Part shown: in pieces, positions 9,035-18,890 of the stretch
Numbering within the stretch: the first letter of the stretch is position 1
How the letters are laid out: the number at the start of each line of letters is the position of its first letter
The notes under the pieces: generated by a model
The model's input: only the letters and a program-made list of their open reading frames with translations
Told to the model about the DNA's origin: nothing
Databases searched by the model: none
Source of the DNA: Minisyncoccota bacterium
GTDB taxonomy: Bacteria > Patescibacteriota > Minisyncoccia > Minisyncoccales > Minisyncoccaceae
Assembly (NCBI GenBank): GCA_041657645.1
Contig: JBBABL010000001.1
Coordinates: forward strand, 1,407-65,406
DNA: 64,000 nt
Direction of reading: 5' to 3'
Translations under genes and position numbers: made by a program

Positions 9035-11464
9035 ATGGCTATATTAGAAAAAATTTTTGGCAGTGCTAATGATAAGTATATAAAAAGTTTAGCTCCCTTA
9101 GTTAATAAAATTAACTCTTTTGAGTCTGATTTTGGTAAATTATCAGAAGAAGAAATAAAAAAGAAGACTTTGAATTTTAAAGAAAGACTAACAAAAGGAG
9201 AGACTTTAGATGATATATTGCCAGAAGCTTTTGCTCTAGCAAGAGAAGCAGGTAAAAGAACTCTTAACCAGAGACATTTTGATTGTCAATTAATTGGAGG
9301 AATAACCCTACATAAAGGAAGAATTGCTGAGATGAGGACTGGGGAAGGAAAAACATTAACTGCTACATTACCTCTGTATCTAAATGCTCTTTTAGGAAAA
9401 GGTTGTCATTTAGTTACTGTTAATGATTATCTTTCAAGAAGAGATGCTGTTTGGATGGGTCAAATATATGATGCGCTAGGATTAACAGTCTCTTGTATTA
9501 ATCATGAGCAGTCTTTTATATATGATCGTGAATTTAAAAAAGAAGAAGATGACAAGAAAAGAGACGAATTAGGTAGCTTTCTTGTTGTTGAGGATTTCTT
9601 AAGGCCATGCTCAAGAAAAGAGGCATATAATGCAGATATTACCTATGGAACAAACAATGAATTTGGATTTGATTATCTTAAAGATAATATGGTTTATGAT
9701 TTAAGAAATAAAAATCAAAGAGATTTTAATTTTGCAATTGTTGATGAAGTGGATTCTATATTAATTGATGAAGCAAGGACCCCTTTAATTATTTCTGCTC
9801 CTGATGAAGAAAGTTCAAAGTGGTATACGGAGTTTTCAAGAATTATTCCTAAATTGAATAAAGAAGGAGATTATGAGATAGATGAAAAAATGAGGGCAGT
9901 TACTTTAACAGAAGAGGGAATTAATAAAGTTGAAAGTATATTGGGAATGGGAAATATATATGATGAAAGAGGTTCTAAATATCTTCATCATTTAGAACAA
10001 GCCCTTAAAGCAGAGATTCTTTTTAAAAAAGAAAAGGATTATGTTATTAAAAACGGAGAAGTTGTAATAATTGATCAGTTTACAGGAAGAATGATGCCTG
10101 GAAGAAGATGGTCAGGAGGACTTCATCAAGCTATAGAAGCAAAAGAAGGAGTAAGAATTATGCCAGAATCAATAACACTGGCTTCAATTACATTTCAGAA
10201 TTATTTTAGAATGTATTCAAAATTATCAGGAATGACGGGAACAGCTGAAACATCAGCAGAAGAATTTGATAAGGTTTATGGACTTGAGGTTTCTATTATT
10301 CCGACAAACAAAAAAGCAATAAGAAAAGACTTAGGTGATAAAGTTTACAAAACAGAAGAGGCCAAGTTTAAAGCAGTTGTAGAAGAAGTAAAAGAAAAAA
10401 ATAAAACAGGACAGCCAGTGTTAGTTGGAACAACTTCAATTGATAAAAATGAATATCTTGGAGCTCTTTTATCAAGAGAGGGAATAAAACATAATATATT
10501 AAATGCTAAGCATCATGAACAAGAGGGTGAAATTATTGCTCAGGCAGGAAGAAAAGGAGCAGTAACTATTGCTACCAATATGGCAGGAAGAGGAGTAGAT
10601 ATATATTTAGGAGGTTCTCCTTCTACACCCGAAGAGAATGAAGAGGTGAAGAGTATTGGAGGATTATGTGTAATTGGAACAGAAAGACATGAAGCAAGAA
10701 GAATTGACAATCAATTAAGAGGTAGAGCGGGTAGGCAGGGTGATCCAGGAGAAACACAATTTTTTGTATCCCTTGAAGATGATGTTATTAGAATATTCGG
10801 AGGTGACAGAATTAAAGCTCTAATGGAAAGATTTAATATTGATGAAAATATTCCAATTGAAAATGGAATGATTTCTAGAAGTATTGAATCTGCTCAAAGT
10901 AAAATTGAAGGAATGAATTTTGATGCAAGAAAACATATCTTGGAGTATGATGATGTTTTGAATAAACAAAGAGATATTGTTTATTCAAAAAGGATAGAAG
11001 TGTTAGAGCGAGCAGAACAAAATTCTATCAAGGATTTAGTTGTTCCTTTGCTTGATAAATATGGTTATTCTGAAGATGACTATACAAAAAAAGAAAGTGA
11101 GGTTGGTAAAGAAAATATGAATCAAATTGAAAGAGTAGCTGCTCTAAGAGCGATTGATTCTATATGGGTAGAGCATTTAGAAAATATGGATAGTTTAAAA
11201 GACTCTGTTAGAATCAGAGCCTATGGACAAAGGGATCCTCTGATAGAATACAAGAGAGAAGGGAAAATATTATTTAATGAATTATTAGAAAACTGTGAAA
11301 AGAATATGGTAGAGGGGATAATGAAAGCAACTATTAATGTTAAGCCTGCTACCAATATTCCTGAAAATAATAATTTACCACGAAGTGAAGGAATAAACAG
11401 AAATGATCCATGTCCTTGTGGAAGTGGAAAAAAGTATAAGAAGTGCTGTGGATTGGGAAAATAA
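9035..11464 (+). CDS. secA: Preprotein translocase ATPase SecA
   Basis: It has MRTGEGKTLTATLP (Walker A), VDEVDSILIDEARTPLIIS, TNMAGRGVDI, and the C-terminal zinc motif CPCGSGKKYKKCCG. Confidence 0.97.
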   Translation: MAILEKIFGSANDKYIKSLAPLVNKINSFESDFGKLSEEEIKKKTLNFKERLTKGETLDDILPEAFALAREAGKRTLNQRHFDCQLIGGITLHKGRIAEMRTGEGKTLTATLPLYLNALLGKGCHLVTVNDYLSRRDAVWMGQIYDALGLTVSCINHEQSFIYDREFKKEEDDKKRDELGSFLVVEDFLRPCSRKEAYNADITYGTNNEFGFDYLKDNMVYDLRNKNQRDFNFAIVDEVDSILIDEARTPLIISAPDEESSKWYTEFSRIIPKLNKEGDYEIDEKMRAVTLTEEGINKVESILGMGNIYDERGSKYLHHLEQALKAEILFKKEKDYVIKNGEVVIIDQFTGRMMPGRRWSGGLHQAIEAKEGVRIMPESITLASITFQNYFRMYSKLSGMTGTAETSAEEFDKVYGLEVSIIPTNKKAIRKDLGDKVYKTEEAKFKAVVEEVKEKNKTGQPVLVGTTSIDKNEYLGALLSREGIKHNILNAKHHEQEGEIIAQAGRKGAVTIATNMAGRGVDIYLGGSPSTPEENEEVKSIGGLCVIGTERHEARRIDNQLRGRAGRQGDPGETQFFVSLEDDVIRIFGGDRIKALMERFNIDENIPIENGMISRSIESAQSKIEGMNFDARKHILEYDDVLNKQRDIVYSKRIEVLERAEQNSIKDLVVPLLDKYGYSEDDYTKKESEVGKENMNQIERVAALRAIDSIWVEHLENMDSLKDSVRIRAYGQRDPLIEYKREGKILFNELLENCEKNMVEGIMKATINVKPATNIPENNNLPRSEGINRNDPCPCGSGKKYKKCCGLGK

Positions 11465-11468
11465 TACT

Positions 11469-11495
11469 TTGACAAAAGGTGCTTTATAGTATAAT
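11469..11495 (+). promoter_or_regulatory. Putative sigma70-type promoter for typA
   Basis: TTGACA at 11469-11474 and TATAAT at 11490-11495 are separated by a somewhat short 15-nt spacer. Confidence 0.45.
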
Positions 11496-11543
11496 CTTAT
11501 AATGTTTAATAAGCATTCTGCTTTTTGGCAGATTTTTTAAGTT

Positions 11544-13337
11544 ATGGAAATAAGAAACATTGCAATTATAGCTCACGTTGATCATGGTAAAACTTCGTTA
11601 ACAGATTCTTTAATGAAACAATCTGGAGGCGCCGAAGAAACTTTTACTATGGATACAAATGAATTAGAGAAAGAAAGAGGAATTACAATATATTCCAAAA
11701 ATACCTCTATTTTCTACAAAGATACTAAAATAAACATAGTTGATACCCCAGGCCATGCCGATTTCAGTTCAGAAGTTGAAAGAGTTTTAAGATCAATTGA
11801 TTCAGTGCTTTTAGTAGTGGACGCTCAAGAAGGTCCTATGCCTCAGACAAAGTTTGTTTTAAAAAAATCACTAGAACTTGGATTTAAACCGATTGTTGTT
11901 ATAAATAAAATAGACAAGCCTGCTGCTAGACCAGATGAAGTTAAAGAAATGGTTTATGAATTGTTCCTAGATTTAGGAGCTAATGACGAACAACTTGATT
12001 TTGAAGTTGTTTATGCTAATGGAAGAGATGGAATTGCTAAAAGAAATTTAGATGATGAGTCAGATAATCTAGTCCCTCTTTTAGACTTAATTATTGAAAA
12101 AGTTAACCCTGCTTCTTCAGATGAATTAGCAAATAAAAAACTAAGAGCTCAACCGTTTAATCTTGGTTATGATAATTTTCTAGGAAGACTTGCTATTTGC
12201 AGAATATATGAAGGAAAAATAAGTAAGGGAGAAGATGTTTTTGTTAAAGGAATCAATAGTGAAGTTAGAAAAGGAAAAGTTGTTAAAATGTTTACTTTTC
12301 ACGGACTAGAGAAGGTAGAATTAGAAGATGCATCTGCAGGAGATATTGTTATTATCGCTGGAATCCCCGATATTTTTATTGGAGAAACAATTTCATCTGA
12401 TTCAGAAGTTGAGTCTTTGCCTTTTATACATATTGATGAACCAACAATATCACTTAATTTCTTAGTGAATAATTCTCCTTTTGCAGGAAGAGAAGGAAAG
12501 TTTGTTACTAATAGACAATTGAAAGAAAGACTTCTAAAAGAGGTAGAGATAAACGTAGGATTAAAAATAGATTTTTCATCAGCCGAATATTATAAAGTTT
12601 ATGGAAGAGGTGAATTACATATTGCCATACTTTTAGAACAAATGAGAAGAGAAGGATATGAATTACAGGTTTCTCAACCTCAGGTAATTATTAAAGAAGT
12701 GGACGGAAAGAAAATGGAGCCTTATGAAGAAGTTATAATTGACCTACCAAGTGAAATGGCTGGGACTGTGATAGAAAAACTTTCTAAAAGAAAAGGAATC
12801 ATGACTGAAATGAAGCCAGACACAATTCATACAAGAATAGTTTTTGACATGCCAACAAGAGGATTATTAGGGTATAAGTCAGAGTTTGTAATGGATACTC
12901 GTGGAGAGGGTATTTTAGCTAGTAGAGTGATAGGATTTAAGCCTTATGCAGGTGAGATAGAAAAAAGAAGTGTTGGTTCAATGATTTCAATGGCAACAGG
13001 AAAATCATCTGGTTTTTCATTGTTTAATCTTCAAGAAAGAGGTGTTTTGTATATTGGCCACGCAGAAGATGTTTATGAAGGAATGGTTATAGGAAATGTT
13101 TCTAAGGGAAATGACTTAGCAGTTAATCCAAATAAAGGAAAAGAACTTTCAAATATGAGATCTTCAGGAGCTGATGAAGCAATTAAATTAACTCCTCCGG
13201 ACACTTTAAGTATAGAAAAAGCAATGAGCATTATGAGTGATGATGAATATCTTGAAATAACCCCTAACAACGTTCGTTTAAGAAAACAATACTTAACTGA
13301 TGTCGAAAGGATAAGACACAAGAGGAAAGGTAGTTAA
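11544..13337 (+). CDS. typA: Translational GTPase TypA/BipA
   Basis: It has AHVDHGKTS, DTPGHADF and NKIDK GTPase motifs. The length and C-terminal domain are BipA-like. Confidence 0.95.
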   Translation: MEIRNIAIIAHVDHGKTSLTDSLMKQSGGAEETFTMDTNELEKERGITIYSKNTSIFYKDTKINIVDTPGHADFSSEVERVLRSIDSVLLVVDAQEGPMPQTKFVLKKSLELGFKPIVVINKIDKPAARPDEVKEMVYELFLDLGANDEQLDFEVVYANGRDGIAKRNLDDESDNLVPLLDLIIEKVNPASSDELANKKLRAQPFNLGYDNFLGRLAICRIYEGKISKGEDVFVKGINSEVRKGKVVKMFTFHGLEKVELEDASAGDIVIIAGIPDIFIGETISSDSEVESLPFIHIDEPTISLNFLVNNSPFAGREGKFVTNRQLKERLLKEVEINVGLKIDFSSAEYYKVYGRGELHIAILLEQMRREGYELQVSQPQVIIKEVDGKKMEPYEEVIIDLPSEMAGTVIEKLSKRKGIMTEMKPDTIHTRIVFDMPTRGLLGYKSEFVMDTRGEGILASRVIGFKPYAGEIEKRSVGSMISMATGKSSGFSLFNLQERGVLYIGHAEDVYEGMVIGNVSKGNDLAVNPNKGKELSNMRSSGADEAIKLTPPDTLSIEKAMSIMSDDEYLEITPNNVRLRKQYLTDVERIRHKRKGS

Positions 13338-13969
13338 ACTAAATAATTATATATACACCAGAAATGGGACATTGTCCCCAAAAGAACAAGAATGTGAAAT
13401 AGTTCGTGAAAACCAAATGCTTTACTGATATTTGGTTTTTTAATTGCATAAATTACTGCACCGACGATATAGAATAATCCTCCGATTAATAACCATATAA
13501 CAACTCCTAGGCCAGTTGTTTTGTATAGTGGGTATATAATAATAAACGAAAGGCAACCCATTAAAACGTAAAGAAAAGTAGCAAACCAGCGAGGAGTTTT
13601 GTCCCAGAATGACTTAAAGAATACGGTTGACGTTCCTGCTAAGGCTAGAGTCCAAATACTTATAAAAGAAATCATTCCTAAGCTACCACCAAGAGCAATT
13701 AAGCATAGAGGAGTGTAGGTTCCAGCAATTAAAATATAAATCATTGCATGATCTATTTTTCTAAACACATCAACATCTTCAGGGGAATGTCCAAAAAGAT
13801 GATAGATGGAGCTTGAGGCATAAAGGAAGCACATACTTAGTCCAAACACAAGGAAAGAAATAGTTTCTATTAATTCTTTTGCAGAATAGAGCAAAAGAAA
13901 TGTTCCTATTATGGAAAGGATTAATCCTAATAAATGACTAAGTCCAGAGATTGGGTCTTTTATTTTCAT
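13334..13969 (-). CDS. Hemolysin-III / PAQR family membrane protein
   Basis: It has seven hydrophobic helices. Conserved His-containing motifs are SSSIYHLFGH, IDHAMIYILIAGTYTP and HELFHILVLLG. Confidence 0.85.
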   Translation of the reverse strand: MKIKDPISGLSHLLGLILSIIGTFLLLYSAKELIETISFLVFGLSMCFLYASSSIYHLFGHSPEDVDVFRKIDHAMIYILIAGTYTPLCLIALGGSLGMISFISIWTLALAGTSTVFFKSFWDKTPRWFATFLYVLMGCLSFIIIYPLYKTTGLGVVIWLLIGGLFYIVGAVIYAIKKPNISKAFGFHELFHILVLLGTMSHFWCIYNYLV

Positions 13970-14018
13970 AATTAATATGATACATTATTTTTAGCATATT
14001 TGAAATAGAGGTGCTGAA

Positions 14019-14495
14019 ATGTTTAAAAGTTTGTTTTTAAAGAAAAAAGAATTAGTTGAGGAAACATTAAATTTCCTTGATTATGAACCGAAATTGAGGA
14101 TAAACACAGTTAAACTTCCTTTTGGCAGGTATATTATTCTTGCTGATGGTAGGTCAAGTAGGCCAAGAAATCCTACTAGCTATATCATTAATACTTCTAA
14201 AGAAGTTGACGAAAAAGGATTTGCTGTGCGAGTAGCGGTAAAAGCAATTCGTTGCCGAAGACAGAGCGGAGAAAATAAGTTGGAAACCTTTTCAGACATA
14301 GAAATGCCTGAGAGCTTCCATCAATTATTTGAAAACATTTACTTTATGACCTGGGGGAAATATGAAGCAGATTCTGAGATTATTGCTTTCATAGCAGAAC
14401 ATTTATACTATGAAGGAGTTTCTTTAGAAGAGATATCTCAAATGCTTCTTATGGATGCCTCAGAGATAAATGAAAGGTATCTAAAAAAAGGATAG
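14019..14495 (+). CDS. Hypothetical protein with an HTH-like C-terminus
   Basis: The protein is 158 aa. It is one of very few genes here with an SD-like AGAGGTG (14007-14013). The C-terminal GVSLEEISQMLLMDASEINERYL resembles a helix-turn-helix. Confidence 0.5.
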   Translation: MFKSLFLKKKELVEETLNFLDYEPKLRINTVKLPFGRYIILADGRSSRPRNPTSYIINTSKEVDEKGFAVRVAVKAIRCRRQSGENKLETFSDIEMPESFHQLFENIYFMTWGKYEADSEIIAFIAEHLYYEGVSLEEISQMLLMDASEINERYLKKG

Positions 14496-14513
14496 AAATA
14501 TCCTTATTTTTTT
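14483..14513. terminator. Bidirectional intrinsic terminator between convergent genes
   Basis: The stem AAGGATA/TATCCTT closes a GAAA loop. An A-run lies on the left and a T-run on the right. The hairpin overlaps both stop codons. Confidence 0.65.
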
Positions 14514-15637
14514 ATGCCATAATTTTCCTTTAGATTTTGTATCCTACCGTATGATTCATTAATTTGTTTTTCTGATATTTCTCTATTTCTTACGGCGTTA
14601 AAAATTGCATCTACTGCTTGCTTGGGAGCCAATTCGTTATATTCGTCTCCGTTATTGGAAATAATTAACATATCGCATCCAGCATTTATTGCCTTAATAA
14701 CGGCTTCCGCATATCCATAATTATTAACTATTGCTCCCATCTGCATATCATCGGATATAATAACTCCATTAAAATTTAATTCATCTCTTAGTATTTCCTT
14801 AAGAAACTTTGAAGAAAGTGTTGCTGGATTATCTTCATCAATATTTTTATTAAATATATGAGCAGTCATTACTATATCTGAATAACCATTTTCAATTAAT
14901 TTTCTATAAGGGATAAGCTCTTCTTCGTTATATGTTTCTGTTACATCAACTATTCCTAAGTGTGAGTCATCTTCTGAGCTTCCATGTCCAGGGAAATGTT
15001 TTATTGCTGATATGATTCCATTTTCATGAAGTCCTTCTATAAATGCAGATGAATACTCGTAAACTTTTTCTGGGTCTTCCGAAAAAGATCTTTCCAAATA
15101 TCTAATAACAGGATTCATTGGATTAATATTAACATCAACAACGGGTGCAAAGTCCATATTAATGCCAATATCCTTTAATGTTTTTCCTAAAGATAGCCCA
15201 TAAGACTTAACATCTTCAATTGATAGTTTTCCCATTTCTTCGGCCGAAGGAATATTTTCAAAACCATATTTTGTTTTGAGTCTATTAACATGTCCTCCCT
15301 CGGCATCAATTGAAACGAATATATCGGAAGAAGCATTTTTAATACTATTAATCAATTCTTTAGTTTGTTCGGGGCTAACAATATTTCTTTCAATTTCTCC
15401 TTTTGAAGGGTTGTCTCTATCAAAAAGGATTACTCCTCCTATATTTAATTCTTTTATTGTTTTAACGATATATGAATTACTATTAGCTTCTGTTCCCCTA
15501 AATCCAATAACTAGCATCTGGCCAATCTTATCTTTTAGATTGTCGTCAATTTTCTTCTCCTTAAGGTAGTTGTTACCCAATAATACAATAATTACAACAA
15601 GAACAATGATGACTGAAAGTTTAATAATTTTATTCAT
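14504..15637 (-). CDS. nagZ: Glycoside hydrolase family 3 beta-N-acetylhexosaminidase (NagZ-like), membrane-anchored
   Basis: It has an N-terminal hydrophobic anchor, the KHFPGHG motif, and GVIISDDMQMGA. Confidence 0.85.
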   Translation of the reverse strand: MNKIIKLSVIIVLVVIIVLLGNNYLKEKKIDDNLKDKIGQMLVIGFRGTEANSNSYIVKTIKELNIGGVILFDRDNPSKGEIERNIVSPEQTKELINSIKNASSDIFVSIDAEGGHVNRLKTKYGFENIPSAEEMGKLSIEDVKSYGLSLGKTLKDIGINMDFAPVVDVNINPMNPVIRYLERSFSEDPEKVYEYSSAFIEGLHENGIISAIKHFPGHGSSEDDSHLGIVDVTETYNEEELIPYRKLIENGYSDIVMTAHIFNKNIDEDNPATLSSKFLKEILRDELNFNGVIISDDMQMGAIVNNYGYAEAVIKAINAGCDMLIISNNGDEYNELAPKQAVDAIFNAVRNREISEKQINESYGRIQNLKENYGIKK

Positions 15638-15663
15638 ATTTTGAAATTATAATAACACAAACA

Positions 15664-15692
15664 TTGACATTTATCCATTATTAATCTATTAT
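15664..15692 (+). promoter_or_regulatory. Putative sigma70-type promoter for the RRM protein gene
   Basis: TTGACA (15664-15669), a 17-nt spacer and TATTAT (15687-15692) are present. This implies a 5' UTR of roughly 65 nt. Confidence 0.55.
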
Positions 15693-15764
15693 TCCATTAA
15701 CACTAATGTGCATGCTCATCATTATTGAGTAGGTCGTAAAAAAAATCAATTATCAAAAGAAAAA

Positions 15765-16031
15765 ATGGAAAAGAAACTATACGTAGGAAACCTTCCTTAC
15801 ACTCTATCTGATGAAGCTCTTAAGGATTTATTTACAGAAGCAGGCGAAGTAGCTGCAGCTTCTATAATTATTGATAAATTCTCAAAGAGATCAAAAGGCT
15901 TTGGTTTTGTAGAAATGTCTACAGAAGAAGACGCTGCAAAAGCTAAAGATATCTTTAACGGAAAAGAAGTAGAAGGAAGAAAGTTAATAGTTGACGAAGC
16001 TAGACCAATGAAGGATTTCAGCGGTGAATAA
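15765..16031 (+). CDS. RRM-type (RNP-1) RNA-binding protein
   Basis: RNP2 (LYVGNL) and RNP1 (KGFGFVEM) are both present in an 88-aa protein. Confidence 0.9.
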   Translation: MEKKLYVGNLPYTLSDEALKDLFTEAGEVAAASIIIDKFSKRSKGFGFVEMSTEEDAAKAKDIFNGKEVEGRKLIVDEARPMKDFSGE

Positions 16032-16043
16032 TTTCGTGCAATT

Positions 16044-16072
16044 AGAGGGCCCCTTAGGGGGCTCTTTTCTTA
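16044..16072 (+). terminator. Intrinsic terminator
   Basis: A GC-rich hairpin (AGAGGGCCCC TTAG GGGGCTCT) is followed by TTTTCTTATTTT. Confidence 0.7.
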
Positions 16073-16099
16073 TTTTAAATTTAATGATAAAATAATTTT

Positions 16100-16426
16100 A
16101 TGGAAACAATAAATTTTGAAGATTTTTTAAAAGTAGATTTAAGGTTGGGAAAAATAGTTGAGGCTGAAAAAGTCGAAGGTTCAGTTAAGATTATTAAAAC
16201 AATAATTGATTTAGGCGAAACCAAGAAACAAATATTAGCTGGAATAGGAGAATATTATAATCCAGAAGATTTAATTAATAAGAATGTGGTTATCGTTGCT
16301 AACCTTAGTCCAAAAAAGATAATGGGTATGGATAGCGAAGGAATGATATTAGCATTAAAAGATGAAAACAATCTATCTTTATTATTTACTGATAAAGATA
16401 TAGAAACAGGGTCAAGAGTAAGTTAA
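16100..16426 (+). CDS. tRNA-binding domain protein (CsaA/Trbp111/EMAP-like)
   Basis: It has FLKVDLRLGKIVEAEKV...KIIKTIIDLGE...VVIVANLSPKKIMGMDSEGMIL, the OB-fold tRNA-binding pattern. Confidence 0.85.
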   Translation: METINFEDFLKVDLRLGKIVEAEKVEGSVKIIKTIIDLGETKKQILAGIGEYYNPEDLINKNVVIVANLSPKKIMGMDSEGMILALKDENNLSLLFTDKDIETGSRVS

Positions 16427-16441
16427 TAATAAATAAAAAAA

Positions 16442-17245
16442 ATGGAAGCACAATATTTTGAAAAAGAAACAAAAACAGACAACCCTTTAATTAAAGGTTT
16501 GATGATTATTGGAATGATATTTTTAGTTATATCAATCTTTTATATTTTCTTTGCGATACAAAATGTTTCAAAAGAAACAAAGCATATTGGAACAGATTCA
16601 CAAGGAAATACTATAGAGGTTTCTGGTTCCGGAGTTGTTTATGCTGTCCCAGATGTTGCTGTTGCAACTTTTTCAGCAATAACTGAAGAATCAACATTAG
16701 AATATGCATTAAGTCAAAATACAGAAAAAATAAATAGAGTTATAGATTTTCTAAAAAGGCAGGGAGTTAATGCGGACGATATTAAAACATTAGATTTTAA
16801 TATTTATCCAAAGTATGAATGGCAGACAACAGGAGTTGATTTAACTGTTTATCCTTTAGGAAAAAGGGTAATTACTTCTTATGAAGCGGTAGAATCGTTA
16901 GAAGTGGTTATCAAAGACAACGATCAAATTGGAAGAATTATACAAGGTTCAATTGACGCTGGTGCAAGCCAAACAAGTAATTTGAAATTTATTATTAGTA
17001 ACGAAGAAGCTCTTAAAAAAGAAGCAAGAGATTTAGCTATAGCAGATGCGGAGTCTAAAGCTACCGAGATTGCGTCTTCATTAGGATTAAAACTGAGTGA
17101 TGCATCAAGTTTTTACGAAGAAGATACTATTCCTACATATATAGTTTCTGATACTTCAACTACAGGAACAGGGAATAACTTAGAAATAATCGTAAAAGAG
17201 AATAAGATTGAAGTAAGGGTTAATATTTCATACGATATTAAATAG
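16442..17245 (+). CDS. SIMPL/DUF541-family envelope protein with an N-terminal anchor
   Basis: It has a TM helix, then VSGSGVVYAVPDVAVATFS, and later the EEALKKEARDLAIADAESKATEIASSLG pattern. It is a paralogue of the ORF at 63369. Confidence 0.75.
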   Translation: MEAQYFEKETKTDNPLIKGLMIIGMIFLVISIFYIFFAIQNVSKETKHIGTDSQGNTIEVSGSGVVYAVPDVAVATFSAITEESTLEYALSQNTEKINRVIDFLKRQGVNADDIKTLDFNIYPKYEWQTTGVDLTVYPLGKRVITSYEAVESLEVVIKDNDQIGRIIQGSIDAGASQTSNLKFIISNEEALKKEARDLAIADAESKATEIASSLGLKLSDASSFYEEDTIPTYIVSDTSTTGTGNNLEIIVKENKIEVRVNISYDIK

Positions 17246-17248
17246 AAT

Positions 17249-17683
17249 ATGAACAAGAAAGTATTATTAATTATAACATTCGTTATTGTGGGAGCAATTT
17301 GTATTTTTCTTAATTCAAACAAAGAAGAAGATATTTTGGCAAATCAAAGCGAAAACAAAGAGATGGTTAAAATAGAAATAATAGCAGAGGGAACAGGAGA
17401 TGTTTCAAAAGCAGGAGATGTTTTGACAGTTCATTATGTTGGAACTCTTGAAAATGGAAATAAATTTGATTCAAGTATCGATAGAGGCTCCCCATTTTCT
17501 TTTACTCTTGGAGTGGGACAAGTTATTCAAGGATGGGAAGAGGGAATGAGCGGAATGAAAGTTGGAGAAAAAAGAAAACTTACTATATCTCCTGAAAAGG
17601 GATATGGTGAAAGAGGTGTTCCTGGTGTAATTCCATCAAACGCAACTTTAATTTTTGAAGTAGAGCTTTTAGGGATTAATTAA
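17249..17683 (+). CDS. FKBP-type peptidyl-prolyl cis-trans isomerase, membrane-anchored or secreted
   Basis: It has [31 protein letters not shown] and LIFEVELL, plus an N-terminal hydrophobic segment. Confidence 0.9.
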   Translation: MNKKVLLIITFVIVGAICIFLNSNKEEDILANQSENKEMVKIEIIAEGTGDVSKAGDVLTVHYVGTLENGNKFDSSIDRGSPFSFTLGVGQVIQGWEEGMSGMKVGEKRKLTISPEKGYGERGVPGVIPSNATLIFEVELLGIN

Positions 17684-17687
17684 CTTT

Positions 17688-18251
17688 ATGAATAATGAAG
17701 AGCAATTAAAAAAGATTAAAGAAGAAGTTTTATCTTGTAAGAATTGTTCTTTATGTAAAGAAAGGAAAATACCTGTTATTGGACAAGGAAATCATAGTGC
17801 GAAAATTATTTTTATAGGGGAAGCTCCCGGAGCAAAAGAAGATGCAATGGGAGTTCCTTTTTGTGGGAGGTCAGGAGACTTTTTAAATGAACTTTTAAAG
17901 CATATTGATTTAAAAAGAGAAGATGTATATATTGCTAATATTATCAAGTGTAGACCACCTAAAAATAGGGATCCAAAAGAAGAAGAAATTGAAAAATGTA
18001 AGCACTTTATTGAAAAACAAATAGAAATAATTAACCCTAAGGTCGTTTGTTCTTTAGGTAGACATTCAATGAATTTTATGATGAATACGCTTAATATTCC
18101 TCTTGAATCAATAAGTAAGGTTCATGGTCAAGTTTTTGAAGGAAAGAGAGTGTTTATTCCTTTTTATCATCCAGCAGTAGCGATATATAATTCAAACATG
18201 AAAGAATCCCTTAAAAAAGATTTTGAAGTTTTAAAGAAGTATGTTGATTAA
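17688..18251 (+). CDS. Uracil-DNA glycosylase, family 4
   Basis: It has CxxCxLC at the N-terminus, GEAPGAKEDAMGVPFCGRSG, and HPAVAIYN. Confidence 0.85.
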   Translation: MNNEEQLKKIKEEVLSCKNCSLCKERKIPVIGQGNHSAKIIFIGEAPGAKEDAMGVPFCGRSGDFLNELLKHIDLKREDVYIANIIKCRPPKNRDPKEEEIEKCKHFIEKQIEIINPKVVCSLGRHSMNFMMNTLNIPLESISKVHGQVFEGKRVFIPFYHPAVAIYNSNMKESLKKDFEVLKKYVD

Positions 18252-18465
18252 AGTAAAGGCTTTTCCTTTATCAAAAGAAGACAAAGTTGTCCAAAAAAAT
18301 AATGATAGCTTTGATGTTTTTGTTAGAGAAGAAGCAGAAAGGAATATGGCGAACAAAAGAATAATTGAGCTTCTTTCTGAATATCTTAAAATTCCACAGA
18401 ATAAAGTAAAAATGATTAAAGGATTTAAAGAGAGTAGCAAAATATTTGATATAAAAAATGATTGA
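18241..18465 (+). CDS. DUF167/YggU-family protein
   Basis: The protein is 74 aa. The IKVKAFPLSKEDKV...REEAERNMANKRIIELLSEYLKIPQNKVKMIKG pattern matches this family. Confidence 0.65.
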   Translation: MLIKVKAFPLSKEDKVVQKNNDSFDVFVREEAERNMANKRIIELLSEYLKIPQNKVKMIKGFKESSKIFDIKND

Positions 18466-18889
18466 AGAAATATTATTAAATAAAGTTCTAATATCTTGTA
18501 TATTGTCATGGTTTGTAGCGCAAAGCATTAAAGCTATAATTTTAACTTACAAACAAAAGAAATTTAGATTTGACCTATATTCATTGCCAGGTAATTTTCC
18601 TTCTTCTCATAGCGCTACAGTTTCTGCACTAGTTACTTCGGTAGGGCTAGTTTCTGGATTTGACTCAGTGGTTTCTGCTATTTCAATTATTTTTGCTTTT
18701 TTTATAATCTATGATGCAAAAGTAATCAGAGGGGCTGCTGGAAGACAGGCTCGCTCACTTAATATCTTAATTGAAAAAATGAATGAAGAGGGAGATATTA
18801 CTAAATTAAGAGAAATACTGGGGCACAGTATCATAGAAATAATAAGTGGAATAATAATCGGAATAGTAATATCTATTTTAATAATCTAA
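18458..18889 (+). CDS. Divergent PAP2 (DUF212, acid phosphatase / haloperoxidase-related) membrane protein
   Basis: It has SWFVAQSIK, FPSSHSATVSAL, and GHSIIEIISG motifs. Confidence 0.75.
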   Translation: MIEEILLNKVLISCILSWFVAQSIKAIILTYKQKKFRFDLYSLPGNFPSSHSATVSALVTSVGLVSGFDSVVSAISIIFAFFIIYDAKVIRGAAGRQARSLNILIEKMNEEGDITKLREILGHSIIEIISGIIIGIVISILII

Positions 18890-18890
18890 A

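Noticed and set aside
13334-13337. Convergent genes whose stop codons overlap (typA/hemolysin-III here, and tpiA/recombinase at 55365-55368).
   Set aside because: This is a consequence of extreme genome compaction. No hairpin or other structure is present, so there is nothing specific to follow up.
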